A DNA stretch of 64,000 nucleotides from Eledone cirrhosa. Lineage: Eukaryota. The position numbers and the translations under genes are program-made. Position 1 is the first letter of the stretch, and each line of letters opens with the position of its first letter. The notes under the pieces are model-generated. The model saw only the letters and a list, made by a program, of their open reading frames with translations. It made no database searches and was not told the origin of the DNA. Location of the stretch: positions 14,136,001 to 14,200,000 of the forward strand of contig OZ024746.1 of the NCBI GenBank assembly GCA_964016885.1. The letters run 5' to 3'. This document shows, piece after piece, positions 43,271-57,543 of the stretch.

Positions 43271-44527
43271 TGATGAAATTCCTTTTACCCCCCCCCCCCC
43301 CCCCTCATTCATATATGGTATAAAACTTAAGATTGCGTTATGTTCAACGGTAATTGTTAGGGACTCTCAAAGAAAAAGGGTAATAGCTTGGATTTATCAA
43401 GAATAGTTTTCTCAAATTTAATTGACATACTTAGACAGGAGTCTGAATTTTGTTTTACTTCAGGAGATCTACGTATATGTTTTTGTATTATTGGCTCTCA
43501 TCAGCAGTGCAATGTCTATTCAAGAATACTTTAATCTGTCGACAGTATTTTTTTACATATAAAAAGAGATTTGAAGCCAGTATAATTTGTATTTAAAAGT
43601 CTTCGGTATAACGACAGTATGAAACCCAATGAAGCGTTGGAGTAATAATTAGATGTTTATGCTAGAAATAGACACTAGCAACACAAAATAAATATTTTGA
43701 AATCGAACGCTATTTTTGAGGGAATTTTAACTAGAAAATTATGTGTGTCTGGTAAAAGAAAATCATACGACCACGGGAATATTTAATATGGCTGATTGGT
43801 TGTTTAGTTAAATAACTGAATGTTATGATTGTATTAGAACTGATTTAGAATTTTTTCGAAAATAATCTACGTAGTAAATTTTATTGAAACATCTAGCATA
43901 CATTGCGCTTAAAAGTGTTTATCCATTTAAGGCTAACAACTTTTTTTTAGTATATATTTTCTTTTGTTTTAGCATCTATTTCCTTTAGCTTTTCCAAAAT
44001 ATCTTCTATGAGTTAAAATATATTTTTGACAAACATATATATATATATCATAGATGACAGCAATTATTTTCGTTATAACTTGTAGGCCGGAATCAAAAAT
44101 CAATAACAGTAGAAATACATAGTGTATATTTAGGCTTAAGTTACCACGTTAACCTAGGAACTGGAGTTTTCTATTATTAATTGACCTCGCCCTTTCCACG
44201 TTTTATATAGTTATTTCGCCTGCTGATTATTTCAAGTATATAAAACGAGAACCGTATTTGAAAACACTTTCTATTTTCCAGTCCAAAATATTAATACATA
44301 TTGAGGTATTACTAGTAATTCTATTATGACAAATGCTTGTTGCATGATGTTTAATCATTTCATTAAAATAGAAATAGGATGGAGAGTTGAAACATATGAG
44401 GAGATTAAGAACTAAATTGATGTCTTATAAAACCAAAATCTATCTCATTTGACACGAAGCCTAACGCTTGTTAATACACACACACACGCTCTCTCTCTTT
44501 CACACACACGAACAAACACGCACACAA

Positions 44528-44653
<126 letters not shown>

Positions 44654-44963
44654 GAGAGATAGATAGATAGATAGATAGATTATATATATATGTATAAATG
44701 AATTTACAAATCTACTTATGATTATCTATATATCGGAACACTCACATATGGAAAATGCATGATCACGTTGCATGCTTTAGGTAGATCTCAGTGTGCTACA
44801 CACATGTCTAGTTACAAAATTCAGCTCACGCTTTATTCACATATGTGATGTCAAAAGAGGCAGAAAAACAGGAAGCAGACAAATATAGTGTGTGCTTGTG
44901 AATATCAGGATACATACGTACATACATACACCCCCACACACATACACACACACACAGACACAG

Positions 44964-45007
<44 letters not shown>

Positions 45008-45678
45008 TATACGTTTAGATTAGGTGTAGCCCAGCTGCTATTCTCTCACTCCATCAATTTACAGAAATCGCATGTTGTAAATATGAATCTGCATGTCAGA
45101 GTGAACACTATACTTAAACAGTGGATAAACGGCTTAGTGTGGCAACACATATACTGCTCCGAACTGTAACAGCTTCATTACCGCGTCCTATATGAGCCGA
45201 TGCAATTGCATCTGCTGCATATAGAAGTCATTCGACGTTTCCAATAGGTAAGAAAGATCTTATGACTTGAACTAACGGGTTATATCGTCGCCGGAGTTCA
45301 GTCCTAAAACTAACCGAAGAATACCTCTGAGAGACTGCCAAAGTCAATATGGGCTTTCACAGTGGTAGTGACAGCATAAAAAAAAACTGTGACAGAATCA
45401 CGTGACATTCTAAAGAGGAGGAAAATAAAATTCATCCGTTACGGGATAAGCACATTTTTCACGGTAAAATTCATATAGTTGAATCTGTGCTGAAGCTCTG
45501 AACCTGACTAGTTATGCATATAAGAAAGAGATAAATGTAAATATACGTACAAATCGAATAGATATCAAAGAAATATTGTTCAACTTACGATTAAAGGCAT
45601 GTTAGTCACCAAGGAGAAAAATAATAATTAAGTAGAAATTATAGATTTAGGTTACGTATAGCCCAGCCGTATTCCACT

Positions 45679-45824
<146 letters not shown>

Positions 45825-45839
45825 ATATATATATATATA

Positions 45840-45956
<117 letters not shown>

Positions 45957-45977
45957 GTGTGTGTGTGTATAAAAAAA

Positions 45978-46122
45978 TCGATTTACTTTCGTCAAATCGG
46001 ACCGAGGAAACAATGTTTTCGTCGGTCTTTCCAGTTGCTAGTACTATCTATCGGTCGCAACTCCAGGTAGAAGGAGCAACGTGAAATAAAGTGTCGCCCG
46101 GTCCAGGAATCGAACTCACAAC

Positions 46123-46126
<4 letters not shown>
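45978..46126 (-). mobile_element. CORE-type SINE family B, tail type 1, truncated and deleted
   Basis: Matches 16612-16790. Confidence 0.82.
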
Positions 46127-46160
<34 letters not shown>

Positions 46161-46349
46161 GAATCAGCTCTTAACTTTGACACGATGCCGAACATCTCCT
46201 AAGGAGATATTAAATCCTTTATACCCATGGAGTAACATATATTACTTAGAAGCCAGTTTTAAATCCTGAAGTGTATAACGTAGAGTTGACAACTCAATAG
46301 ATACAGTTACCTAAATGTATACTGTTATTCATCAGCCTCAAACAACAGT

Positions 46350-46990
46350 TAAAAGCTTTAGGTATAAAAATCCATCAGAATATGGTAGCCAAAAGAATAT
46401 ATAATTAGCAGGCAAATCAGCCAAAATCAAATAACAGTGCACAGAACAATCAAGGGGTAATCAATTATCAGAAAAAATGTTTAGCTCAGATGCAGTATAG
46501 CTGGAAGAAATTAGAAACAATTATAACCTACGTATTGTACTAAATATGTACGATATCAACGGGGAATTTCTTGAGACTGTGATAGAGAAGTTTCATCATA
46601 CGAAAACACCAGCACACAACAAAATACCTTATCAAACAACTAACACGCAATGGTGATACTAACATACCAAACTGACTGGCATTAGCACCAACAATTCCGA
46701 TACTGGAGAATAAAATCACTCACATGTATAATATATATACAACCCGCCTGGACCTACTTCTCCATGACAACAGTGATGGCAACAATATCTTCATAATTGA
46801 AGAAATTGTTGGAAAGAAAGTAATTGGCCGATGTGCAGAGCAAATTCTGTGTCATGGAAGGAATTTGGATAAATCTCACTGGATCACAAGAGGCATTTGA
46901 TTCTGTTCCCTACCCATAGATTCAGAGATAATAAATAATGAAAACAAACTATAAACAACCTAGCTTCATCCTTGGTCACAATTCTAAAAT
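46350..46990 (+). mobile_element. Decayed R4/Dong-like non-LTR retrotransposon RT relic
   Basis: Remnants MYNIYTTRL (cf. MYKIFT..L), CAEQIL (CKEQLL), LDHK-AFDSVPYP*I (IDYKKAFDSVPHSWI). Confidence 0.58.
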
Positions 46991-48330
46991 TAAATACAGC
47001 ACACACACAGCTCTATCGCAGCAGAACGTCAAACGTCTTTAGCTGCATAAAAGTCCAAATTTGTTCCTCGTTATAGTATGTATGGACCACTTTATGTTAG
47101 GTCAGTTTTGCGTTAGGTGAGCCAATGAAGAACTGTAAGTAATGATATTATAGAGACTCCATGTGTTTGTATTTATGATATGCCATTTTTGTTGATATTA
47201 CTTTCAGAATCTTTAGAACTTACAATTCAGTTTTCACTAAAAATATGACAGATAATTTGAGTTAGTTTTGACAAATAAATTGAAGAAGTCGAACAACGAT
47301 ATTAGTATAAAATTATCCATACTTACCTAGTTAAATTCCCATAGCGGAACCTTGAAATTATATGACTCACTTTTCAGAATCAATATTATTCTGCAAATTT
47401 TATCAAATTTTCTACTTTTCGAAAGGTGTGATAAAAAGCAAAAACAAAAATATTTGGATAGCCTAAATTCGCACAATTTGTGACAAATATTTTCCGAGTG
47501 ATTGAATATAAATATACGTTGTTATTTCCTAATATATAAATTTAAATCACAGTTGGTTCCAACGATGCATTCTATTTTACTAAAGATTGTAGGTAAGTGA
47601 AATCCCAATATGAAAACGTTAATAGCAAAAATATTCTATTTAAATATCATAGCATGGGAATAACATATAACAACATAAAAGAAAAAGGTATTAATTCTGC
47701 AACTGTATTGCTGAATCATTCGAAAATGCAAGCTTGCTTACAATTTCAAACTGTTAATATCTTTTTTAAAATTTTTATTTCACAATGGTTTGTAAGATGA
47801 AACTAAAACAAAGTTTTTAAAAAGAATAAAAGATTGATCGCGAAAGAACATTGCAAAATATTTTTCTTATCACTATTGAGAAAGGGAAATCCACAGAAAC
47901 AACCAAACTAAAGAAAGTTATAAAAAATATATTAAAAAAACAATATTGAAGCAGTTTCGCTTTTTAAAATCGGTTATGTATGATAGATATTATATATGCA
48001 GAAATTGTTGAAGCGATGCGTTTACCTTGATTAAATATGATATTTTAAAGATGTTAAATGGTACCTGTCAAAACTGAACATATACTTAGCACAAACACTT
48101 TGTGTGCTGGCGAAAAAGGGAAAACACAATTTTATCTACCTAAAAATAGGAAATTATTGTAAATGGATACATTTTGTAAGATAGCATATTGAAATAGGAA
48201 TAGTAATAGTAGGAAAAAACATTTATATGTAAAATTCTTTGACTGGAAGAATTTCAAATTTTTTCGAATTATCAATTCATAGATACTTCCATTTCTCTCT
48301 CTCTCTCCATCTATATAGACATAACCCACT

Positions 48331-48380
<50 letters not shown>

Positions 48381-48799
48381 TATTATATTATATTTTTCTC
48401 AATGCATAACATATCCATCATATTGTCTGGTAAATGCATATGCCAATAGGAGTGCTAGAAATAGCTCAACGTAATTATATAACAAAGAATAACAAGGATT
48501 TTAATTAAAACATTTTATTGATTTATGGTCGTTTCTTTAGACTAACAAGAATATTCAATTCTTGTTAGAATAAATTCTCAGACTTGACCAGATATAGACA
48601 AATAAATACATTACATGTTCTAGAATTCCAGTGAGAGGCCAGAATGAAAACATAAACAGGAGCAAATATCGTTGGAGAATATTCCCCCTCCCCTACCACA
48701 TTAATTATATTTTTCTCCCCAGACTTCCAAAACACACATCTATTTGTATATCGCTACAATTTATGTACATGTTATGTAGAGACAGCTGGGAAAGATAAA

Positions 48800-49410
48800 T
48801 AAAGATATAGAGTTTGGTGGTAATGAAAAGAGAGAGAGGATTGATAGAGATGGGTATTGATAGATATAGAGAGGGAGAGAGTTTGGTAGTGATGGATAGA
48901 ATGAGAGGGAATTAGAGAGTGTGTTGTGTGGTATATATATATATATATATATATAGATGGGATAGTTTGGTGATAACTGATATAGAGAGGGGGATATTTT
49001 GTTGGTAATTCATATAGAGAGGGTGTTGGAAGAGAGTACAGTATAGTAGATATAGAGAGGAGAAGAGTTTGGTGCTAATTGATATAGAGAGGGGGATTGG
49101 AAGAGAGTCCTGTGTAGTAGATATAGAGAGAAGGAGAGTTTAGTGATTATAGAGAGGGAAAATGGGAAAGGGCTATGTAGTAGATATAGAGAGGGTGAGA
49201 GTTTAAGGTTGATTGATATACAGAGGTGGATTGGGAGAGATAAGTGTAGATATTTATAGAGAGAGTGAGAGAATGTATTAGTTTTAGATATAGAGAGTGG
49301 GATAAGAGAGGCGATGTCATGGTAGATATAGAGAGGGTCGAGTTTGGTTGTAATAGATACTTAGAGGGGGATTAAAAGATATTTTTGTATATTTGACATA
49401 TAGAGGAGGC
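48800..49410. repeat. Degenerate purine-rich tandem repeat (GATATAGAGAGGG.. / AGAGTTTGGT) bracketed by diverged ~95-bp direct repeats
   Basis: Recurrent GATATAGAGAG at ~30-bp spacing; direct repeats at ~48685-48780 and ~49895-49983. Confidence 0.7.
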
Positions 49411-49785
49411 GAGATTGGTGGCACTCTTGGGTCCCAAATAATAGGAGAGCTGGCAATATTGGTGGGCTGAGGAGCTTGGGAAATCGGTAATTGTACAATG
49501 TAGGTTCGTAAGTATGGGATTTCTTGTAATGTTCTTCTTTTGTTATATATAATGTTTTTTTTTATGTAAAACAAAATTATTATTCGATTCGACAGTTGCT
49601 GTATCAATATAAATCACTTACAATAAAATTTCGCCGGGGATAAACCGGGGGGGGGGGATTAATAAGCGCGAGGTCGGAATGATTATTCAAGACCTAAGAG
49701 TACATGAATTATTCATGGACGTAAGAAGGAAAACTCAATACCGAAGTAGAGTTTAAATATTCATTTATTATGGCTAAGTGATGAA

Positions 49786-49884
49786 TCTTGTTAATTTGGA
49801 GTTTTACCCGTGTACTCAGAGGATCATCAGACAAGACTGGTGATCCTGTGAGTGCACAGGTGAAACTTTAGTAGAGTAACAAAG
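49786..49884. other. Back-to-back pair of decayed hammerhead motifs forming a hairpin (family S)
   Basis: Minus: TCTTGT-CTGATGA-TCCTCTGAGTACACGGGT-AAAA-CTCCAAAT-TA-ACAAGA; plus: CTGGTGA-TCCTGTGAGTGCACAGGT-GAAA-CTTTAGTAGAG-TA-ACAA. Confidence 0.55.
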
Positions 49885-51273
49885 CTCACCAGTTGTCCCC
49901 TCCAATAATTATATTTTCTTCCCAAACTGTCAAAACGTACATCTATTTTGGATATGCGCTACAATATATGTACATGTTATGTTTATCGCATATCGAAGTT
50001 CATGATAGAGTGCAAAGAGCTAAACTAATCACTACAACTAAATTGTCTAAATTTAAGCCCCTCCAATTCAGAAATGCTTCCACCGCCCCTGTGATTGAGG
50101 AAAGTAATTGTATCTCCAAAATAGCTTTTGTGTTTGTTTTCTTTTAGTAATTTAATTTTTATTTATGATTTCAACAAAGCCAAAAACATCTCTGCCTAAC
50201 GTTCAATCACACATTGACTGGATGCTTCATGTATTGTATTACACAGGTGGCAAATCTCCATTTTGTCAGTGCCTCGGGTATTTCAATCCAAATTTTTCAA
50301 AGATTGAAATCTTAGTCAAACCAGTCCAATATAAATTTGTATCCTGCTGACAATTCATTATGTTCTCCTCGCAAAACAATAACAAAATCGTTGTTTTCCC
50401 CTAAAGATCATCTCTGTATGAATTTATGAGTTTTTGGCTCCATTGGCTGTTAACGTTAACTGAAATCTACAACACTATCCTGTTACCATGTTTTATTGGG
50501 GGGGGGGGGGGTAGCTATTTATTGAGAAGTGAATACGTTTACGAAAAGAAATGCGGTGCTTAATTGCTTAGACAGTCTTCAACTACGAGGAATCATTATA
50601 ACAAATGATGAAATCAAGTACCATAATTATTTAATCAGTTAAATGAAATTATTTCATTGTAATACAAAGGAAAGTGATGTGGTTGTTTCACTAATGATTA
50701 GCAAGGAAAGCCAGCATGAAATTGCTTTAAAGCTGATTGACTATTGCAGATGAAGTAACGAAATACTTACTTATTCCCACAAATCTGAGTTCCATACAAT
50801 ATTACTTTTATGTGTATTTATTTGACTGTAAACAAAATATCGATTTTGGGGTAACATCGAGTAATGAACAGCGAAATATATTTTGAAGATGACTACATAA
50901 ATAATTAAATAATTATGAGCAGGAAAGATGAGTGAGAAACACACACACACACACACACACGCGCGCACACATATTTGATGACCTAACACTGACGAAGTTT
51001 CTGGAAGAGTTTATATAAGTTCAGAATTTAGTTCCAGCGTTACATAATAAATTAACATTTTTGTAGTTACTCTTAAAAATTATCGCTAGTCCTACACTAG
51101 AAAATTCTTTATCGCTTCCCATCTTCTTTCTAGTTATGGGCCGCTGGATTTCTCTACCAGTAAAAGAGCGTTGTTGCTAGACATAAGTCTCGACATTCTA
51201 CTTCAAGTTATACATCAATTAAATTTCTACTATATATTTTAACTTAGCTGACTCTCTAGAGCCCATTATTTTA

Positions 51274-51387
51274 TCTGAGTTCAAATCCCGCCGAGGTTGA
51301 CTTTGCCTTTCATCCTTACGTGGTCGATAAAATAAAGTACCAGTAATGAACTGGGTAATTGCTGACCTTGTGCCTAAAGTAGAAACA
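51274..51387 (+). mobile_element. 5'-truncated SINE family A
   Basis: Starts at the B-box; ATTATTTT on both sides. Confidence 0.88.
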
Positions 51388-52555
51388 ATTATTTTGTGGG
51401 GATTATTTCTCAATCTTTCCTCGTTCAATAAGATCCATCACCTTCATTAGACGTGTTCTATAAACGGTACCCGAGGACTGCCAGAAGGTTTTGTCATGAT
51501 GATGAGCTTATTCATTTGCCAAATATGAACGACCATGATATAAATTCTTTGAGAAAGGATAGAGACATTAAATGTTGTTTTTTTTTGTGAATTAAGTCTT
51601 AAGATACCTGTTTTCCCCAAGATTGTAGACACATGTCACCTATATACTAAAGATCCTCTTTATCTTCTATAATGAAGTGTAAGCCGAAGTAGATACTTTT
51701 ATAGTATAGAGTATATACAAACACATGTAATTTTTAGGTGCCTACATAGAACTAAAATACTTTTGTGGCATAATTCAAATTTTAGTCAGGATGTTCATAT
51801 AAATTTATTTTACCAGAGCAAAACATATTTTATAGGAATTCTATTAAAGTGTCAAACTCGTATGAAAATTATACTGACTCTATTAATTTCATGTTTAATA
51901 ATCATCTGTGAAACAATAGGAATATAACCATTCTACTTATGAACTTCTTGCTCAAGGAAACCTACTTAATGAGGTCTTTACTATATTGCGCTGGCAGAAC
52001 TGAATAATAATTCTCGATCAGTCTTATATTGGAGTGACTGTAAATAAATATAAGACACTTGTTTATCTACTGAATTGCTACAATTTTATTTAGATATATT
52101 TTGACATTGAAGGAAACATGTGACAATACTTTTAAAACACCTTCATCTATTCTTGCTTGGACACAATCATCATAATTACAGAAATAAGCATAATTTTCTT
52201 CGTTTGAAGGCATTAACGTTAGCCTCAAGCTTTATTAATTCAAATTAAAATGAAAGATTCTTTGTAATTGCTTAGTACAATTTTAGAAAACGGCATATCA
52301 ACCAATTATTCTGAATATCAACGAAATATTTACATGTCTCATACATACGCTTTCCCTTCATCTTTGTCATTATTCTGTCTTCCTCCAGTCCATACAAACG
52401 GGAATTGCTGTTAATTGGTATATTTTACTTTTATTTCCTTATTGTTTTTGCCTTCTGTATTATTTGATTATTTCTGTCTTTCTTCCTATCACACATTTCT
52501 TCTATCCCTTCCGTTTCTCCCGTTTTATTTTTCTCTCGTCTCTCTCTCTCCCTTC

Positions 52556-52651
<96 letters not shown>

Positions 52652-52712
52652 TATATACATATATATATACATATATACATATATATGTGTGTGTATGTGT
52701 GTATATGTGTAT

Positions 52713-52968
<256 letters not shown>

Positions 52969-53112
52969 ATATATATATATATATATGTAGGAGGTGAGTT
53001 TTATTGTAGTACAATAAAGCAATGCAGATATCGGATAAGAAGCACTCTACAGTTTGTAGGACTGGAGTATACATAATATATAAGATCAAAAGATGGTTAA
53101 AAGAGTTCCATG

Positions 53113-53183
53113 TATTTTATTATGCGCATTTCAAAAACAAATATCATCATGCAATAACATTTGTGTTTTCATCAGATAAAATA
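53113..53183 (-). ncRNA. Minimal hammerhead ribozyme motif (family P-related)
   Basis: Exact reverse complement of 53334-53404. Confidence 0.8.
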
Positions 53184-53333
53184 GGAAGACATGATATGAA
53201 GGTTAAAAAACACTTGTGAATAGTGCAGTTTTAAATCAACATATATGCCTACTTGCATTTTTAAATCAACATATATGTTGATTTAAAACTGCACTATTCA
53301 CAAGTGTTTTTTAACCTTCATATCATGTCTTCC

Positions 53334-53404
53334 TATTTTATCTGATGAAAACACAAATGTTATTGCATGATGATATTTGTTTTTGAAATGCGCATAATAA
53401 AATA
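53334..53404 (+). ncRNA. Minimal hammerhead ribozyme motif (family P-related)
   Basis: TATTTTAT-CTGATGA-AAACACAAATGTTATT-GCAT-GATGATATTTGTTTTT-GAAA-TGCGCA-TA-ATAAAATA; palindromic stem III ATGCGCAT. Confidence 0.8.
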
Positions 53405-53766
53405 CATGGAACTCTTTTAACCATCTTTTGATCTTATATATTATATATATATATATATATGACATGTAAGTATGTTATATATATATATATATATCAAGTT
53501 TAATATATTTAATATATAAATTCGGTGCCTAATCACGTGATATTCCTCAACCTATCTAATTGTACTTCAAATGTATATCAATTTGAGAGACACCTTTTGC
53601 ATAAGACGGAAATAAATACCCAACATCAGTTAGATGCAAGTAGGCATAGCTGCACATCCCTCCATCTTTCTTAACTTTTGAAAATCATGAAACTTACGAA
53701 GCCGGTAAAGTTATTAAGTATTTAAATAAACCTTAAATAAACCAACTGCATTTTCAACTTCTTTTC

Positions 53767-53852
<86 letters not shown>

Positions 53853-55065
53853 CATGCGTGTGGGGGAGTGTGTGGGGGAGTGTGTGTGGGTGTGTGTGTG
53901 TGTGTGTATGTGTACGTGTTTGTGTTTGTGTATGTATTGAATTTATATTTTATATTTGCTTTCGATGAAGGGATATAACTAAAACTGATTGGGGAACGTT
54001 TAGAATAATTTAAAACACCATTTTCCTGCCTGTATATACAGAAAATGGTCGTTTTCTATGTATTCACGCATGACAATTTGGCTCGTGGCAAATGAAATTT
54101 TGGAACGTATATGATCTTATTTATCTGTATCCCGTAATAATGGCCCCTACTTTTCGTCAGATATTATTACATATTTACCCTAAAACACAAAAGTCATAAT
54201 GATTGCGTCATTAATTCTTCTTATAGTGTTTGACATAATTTCTCTGCATTTTGCCATTCATTTGGCTGGAATATTCTCTTTTTGGCTTCTACGTCTAATA
54301 ATTATAGTATACTTTCTGTAATATTCCATGAACTACCAAATACGATACTATACAGTAAATTACTAGTTTATTCAATAACAACTCATTATATATAATTTAA
54401 TGCGAACAGAATTGCATTGATCAACGAACCACATAAAATGTGCTTTGTGGTTCCCTGCCAATTATTTTAAATCTTTGAATTGTAATGAAGCAGTGTTTAC
54501 AGTCTACATATGAGATATCAATTATTAAGCTAACTAGATATGAAATGTATGTTTTGCATTGAAAACTCAAAGAATAACTCCTATTTATTTTGTTTATCTA
54601 AAGTAATTATATTTTATAATAAAAGCAATTAATATTTCAGACTCTTGATATTATTCTTTTTGTGTGGTTAATGTAGGATATATTAGTGTTAGTGTATTTG
54701 TTGTTTACTATATTTAGGCAAGTTTTTATTTTGTTGAAATAATATTGTAATTGTCTGGTTTCTAAAAGTTTTATTGATATTGTTTTCACTTATGTTTTAA
54801 TATTCTAATAATTTTAATGAAAGCATATGTAATTTATTGGTTTAGAATTTCATTCATTCACTAATTAAAAATCTATAAAATGATTTCTCGGGAAAATGCA
54901 ATTTTTATAATTTGCAACACCTATATATTAATTTATAGCTATGGAAAACTGGTATCCTGCGTAATATTATCAGCTTTTACATATCTTCATTTCTGGATTT
55001 TTAAATTTGCTTCTTGCCGTTTAATCTAGATAGTATAATCTGCATATACAAGGGAATATAATAAT

Positions 55066-55275
55066 GGTTTCTTACACAAGGCCATCAATTTTGGGGGAGG
55101 AGAAAGTGGATTGAATCGACCCCAGTACGTTACTGCCACTTTATTTTATCGGCCCCGTAAGGATGAAAGGCAAAGTTAACCTCGACGGGATTTGAACTCA
55201 GATCATAAAGGGTCATAACTCTATGCTGCAAAGCGTGGCGTCGAACCCTCTACCGATACTGTCAATCCACCGCCC
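55066..55275 (-). mobile_element. Longer SINE family A variant, full length
   Basis: Homology plus an extra GGGGGAGGAGAAAGTGGATTGAATCGACC segment. Confidence 0.88.
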
Positions 55276-57181
55276 TTACACAATATAATAATAGAGAATT
55301 AAATAGTTGGGTTGCGCGGATACAAAATTACTTAACTAGAAATAATACCACAAGATCTATTTTGTTAACATTAAACATTAAAAAGAAAATAGAACGGGTG
55401 AGATACTATTTCCGTGCGCTGAAGACTGGAGGAACCAAATGGCCAGATACCTCAATTAGAAATATGTAATTCTACTTTAGAAATAATGTCATACTATTTC
55501 TTCAATTTTTACAATTGAAGAACACCTCATCTACGTAATATTTCTGTATTGGATTTCGGTGATGAAGAGCTGAGAGAAGTGAAAAGAAACTTCCAAAAGA
55601 AGAGCTTGAAAGGTGTTCATTTGCATATAGTATTTACTTGACTTGACTGGGAAGTAGCATGATTCATAACAGAGTTTACTGTGATAGATGATCACCGTTT
55701 AAAACATTCATAGCGAGACATATTTTCAAATAATTATGTATGCAGATCTCCTCACATGATGTAACATATTCGTGACACGTGTCGAATCAACGAAAAGATG
55801 AGAATTGATAACCTGAATACTATTAGTATAATTATTATTGTTGCTGATTTGTTTTCCTCAGATGCTGTATAAAATTACAGTAAATATTTATCCTGATTTC
55901 TCGTATGTTTCAAAGTATTGATCCAATAAAACATACCACTTCTTACACCTTCATACCCTTGGAAATACAATGTTATTTACAATATTATATCCTCTCATTT
56001 TCTCTTTCATTTACACTCTTCTCTTCTATCTACATCACTCTTTGTTACTTTCCATTGCCCTAAGATAGATTCCTCTTCTATTTACATTTTGCCAATTCGC
56101 GTGGAAGATTATTTGTCTTCATATAATTTGCTGGCAAAGGCTTTTATTTAGCCACGTTGTCAGATTCAATATATCACCCCTGAATTGTTCTGTTTGCATT
56201 TTATTTTACTTTATTGATATTGATGTTGGAATAGTTTTGTTGGCTTCTTCGTTTTGTCTTCTTTTCCTTTCCTTTTACTTTCGACGTGTTTGATCCAGAC
56301 TATCGCCAATGCTTATATTTCCGTGGTGTTAGCTGCCACAGCTTGAAGTCTAAGAAAGTAAGTAAATATCAATGCCGTTTTATGATAAACTTAATATCTC
56401 TCCATTACTTGTAGTCAGTATTTTCGTTCTTATTTACATTGGCTTCTGAATTTCTTTTCTTTATTTGTACTCTACTCTTTGCTACTTAGGTATATTAATT
56501 GGTTTTCTTATCCTCCATTATCTATCAATTTTCAAAGCCAGTATTTTTGTTCCGTATTTATATTTTTACTGCTTTCTTTGGGAGGATGATAAATATGACA
56601 TAGATTTATATATCTTTCAATTTCAGATTTTATTGTATTAATGAAGATCATAGTAGGAATATATTTTAGAATATTAAGCATTGTTAACTCTCTACTATTT
56701 ACACATTCCAGTGAAACAAAACAGTATTTTATAGCAAAATAGTCATATATTATTTTAATATAATATTAATATCATATAATATTACGTTGCATAATATTCA
56801 GTTTATTTCTAAAAATTAACTTTGCGTGGTACACTTGTTTACTATGAGTTCTGTTATAACTTTTGTTTTAAATGAAAAGAAATAAGACAGTTTAATCTAG
56901 AAATAATGTAATTTTGTTTTAGTATTGCAGTACAGACTTTTACAGACTTTTACATTTTGTCTGAAAATATTATTACACAAGTACGAAATGTAATACCATA
57001 ACGTTTATATAACCACATTTAATGATTTTCGGTTGATTTAAAGAATATCTGTTGTTAGTTAATATATGATTAATCGTATTAAACTACCAAGTAACCTCCT
57101 TGTGACTTCTAAACTAGGAAATAAATATTGACTCTAACACATTATTTTGATGGTGAAACTTCAATGTTAATGATGATGATG

Positions 57182-57543
57182 ACATGGCAGGGGATGGGAC
57201 AGGATGGTACAGGATGGCACAAGGTGACACAGAGTGGCACAGGCTGGCAACGGATGGCAGAGGATGGCACAGGGTGGCACAGGATGGTACATGACGTCAA
57301 AGGATGGTACAGGGAGGCAGAGGGCGGTAGAGGATGGTAGAGGATGGCAGGGGATGGCAGAGGATGGTACAGGATGACACAGGATGGCACAGGGTGGCAC
57401 AGGATGGCACAAGGTGGAACAGGATGGCACAGGGTGGCACAGGATAGCACAGGGTGGCACAGGATGACACAAGGCGGCAGAGGATAGCACAGTGTCGCAC
57501 AGGATGGTAAGGATGGCACAGGGTGGCACAAAATAGCACAGGG
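57182..57543. repeat. 10-bp GC-rich minisatellite (ACAGGRTGGC), ~36 diverged units
   Basis: Directly visible. Confidence 0.92.

Larger units (their letters stand above)
53073..53444. mobile_element. Perfect 175-bp inverted repeat (53073-53247 / 53270-53444) with a hammerhead motif in each arm
   Basis: No mismatch seen between the arms; 22-bp spacer. Confidence 0.9.
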
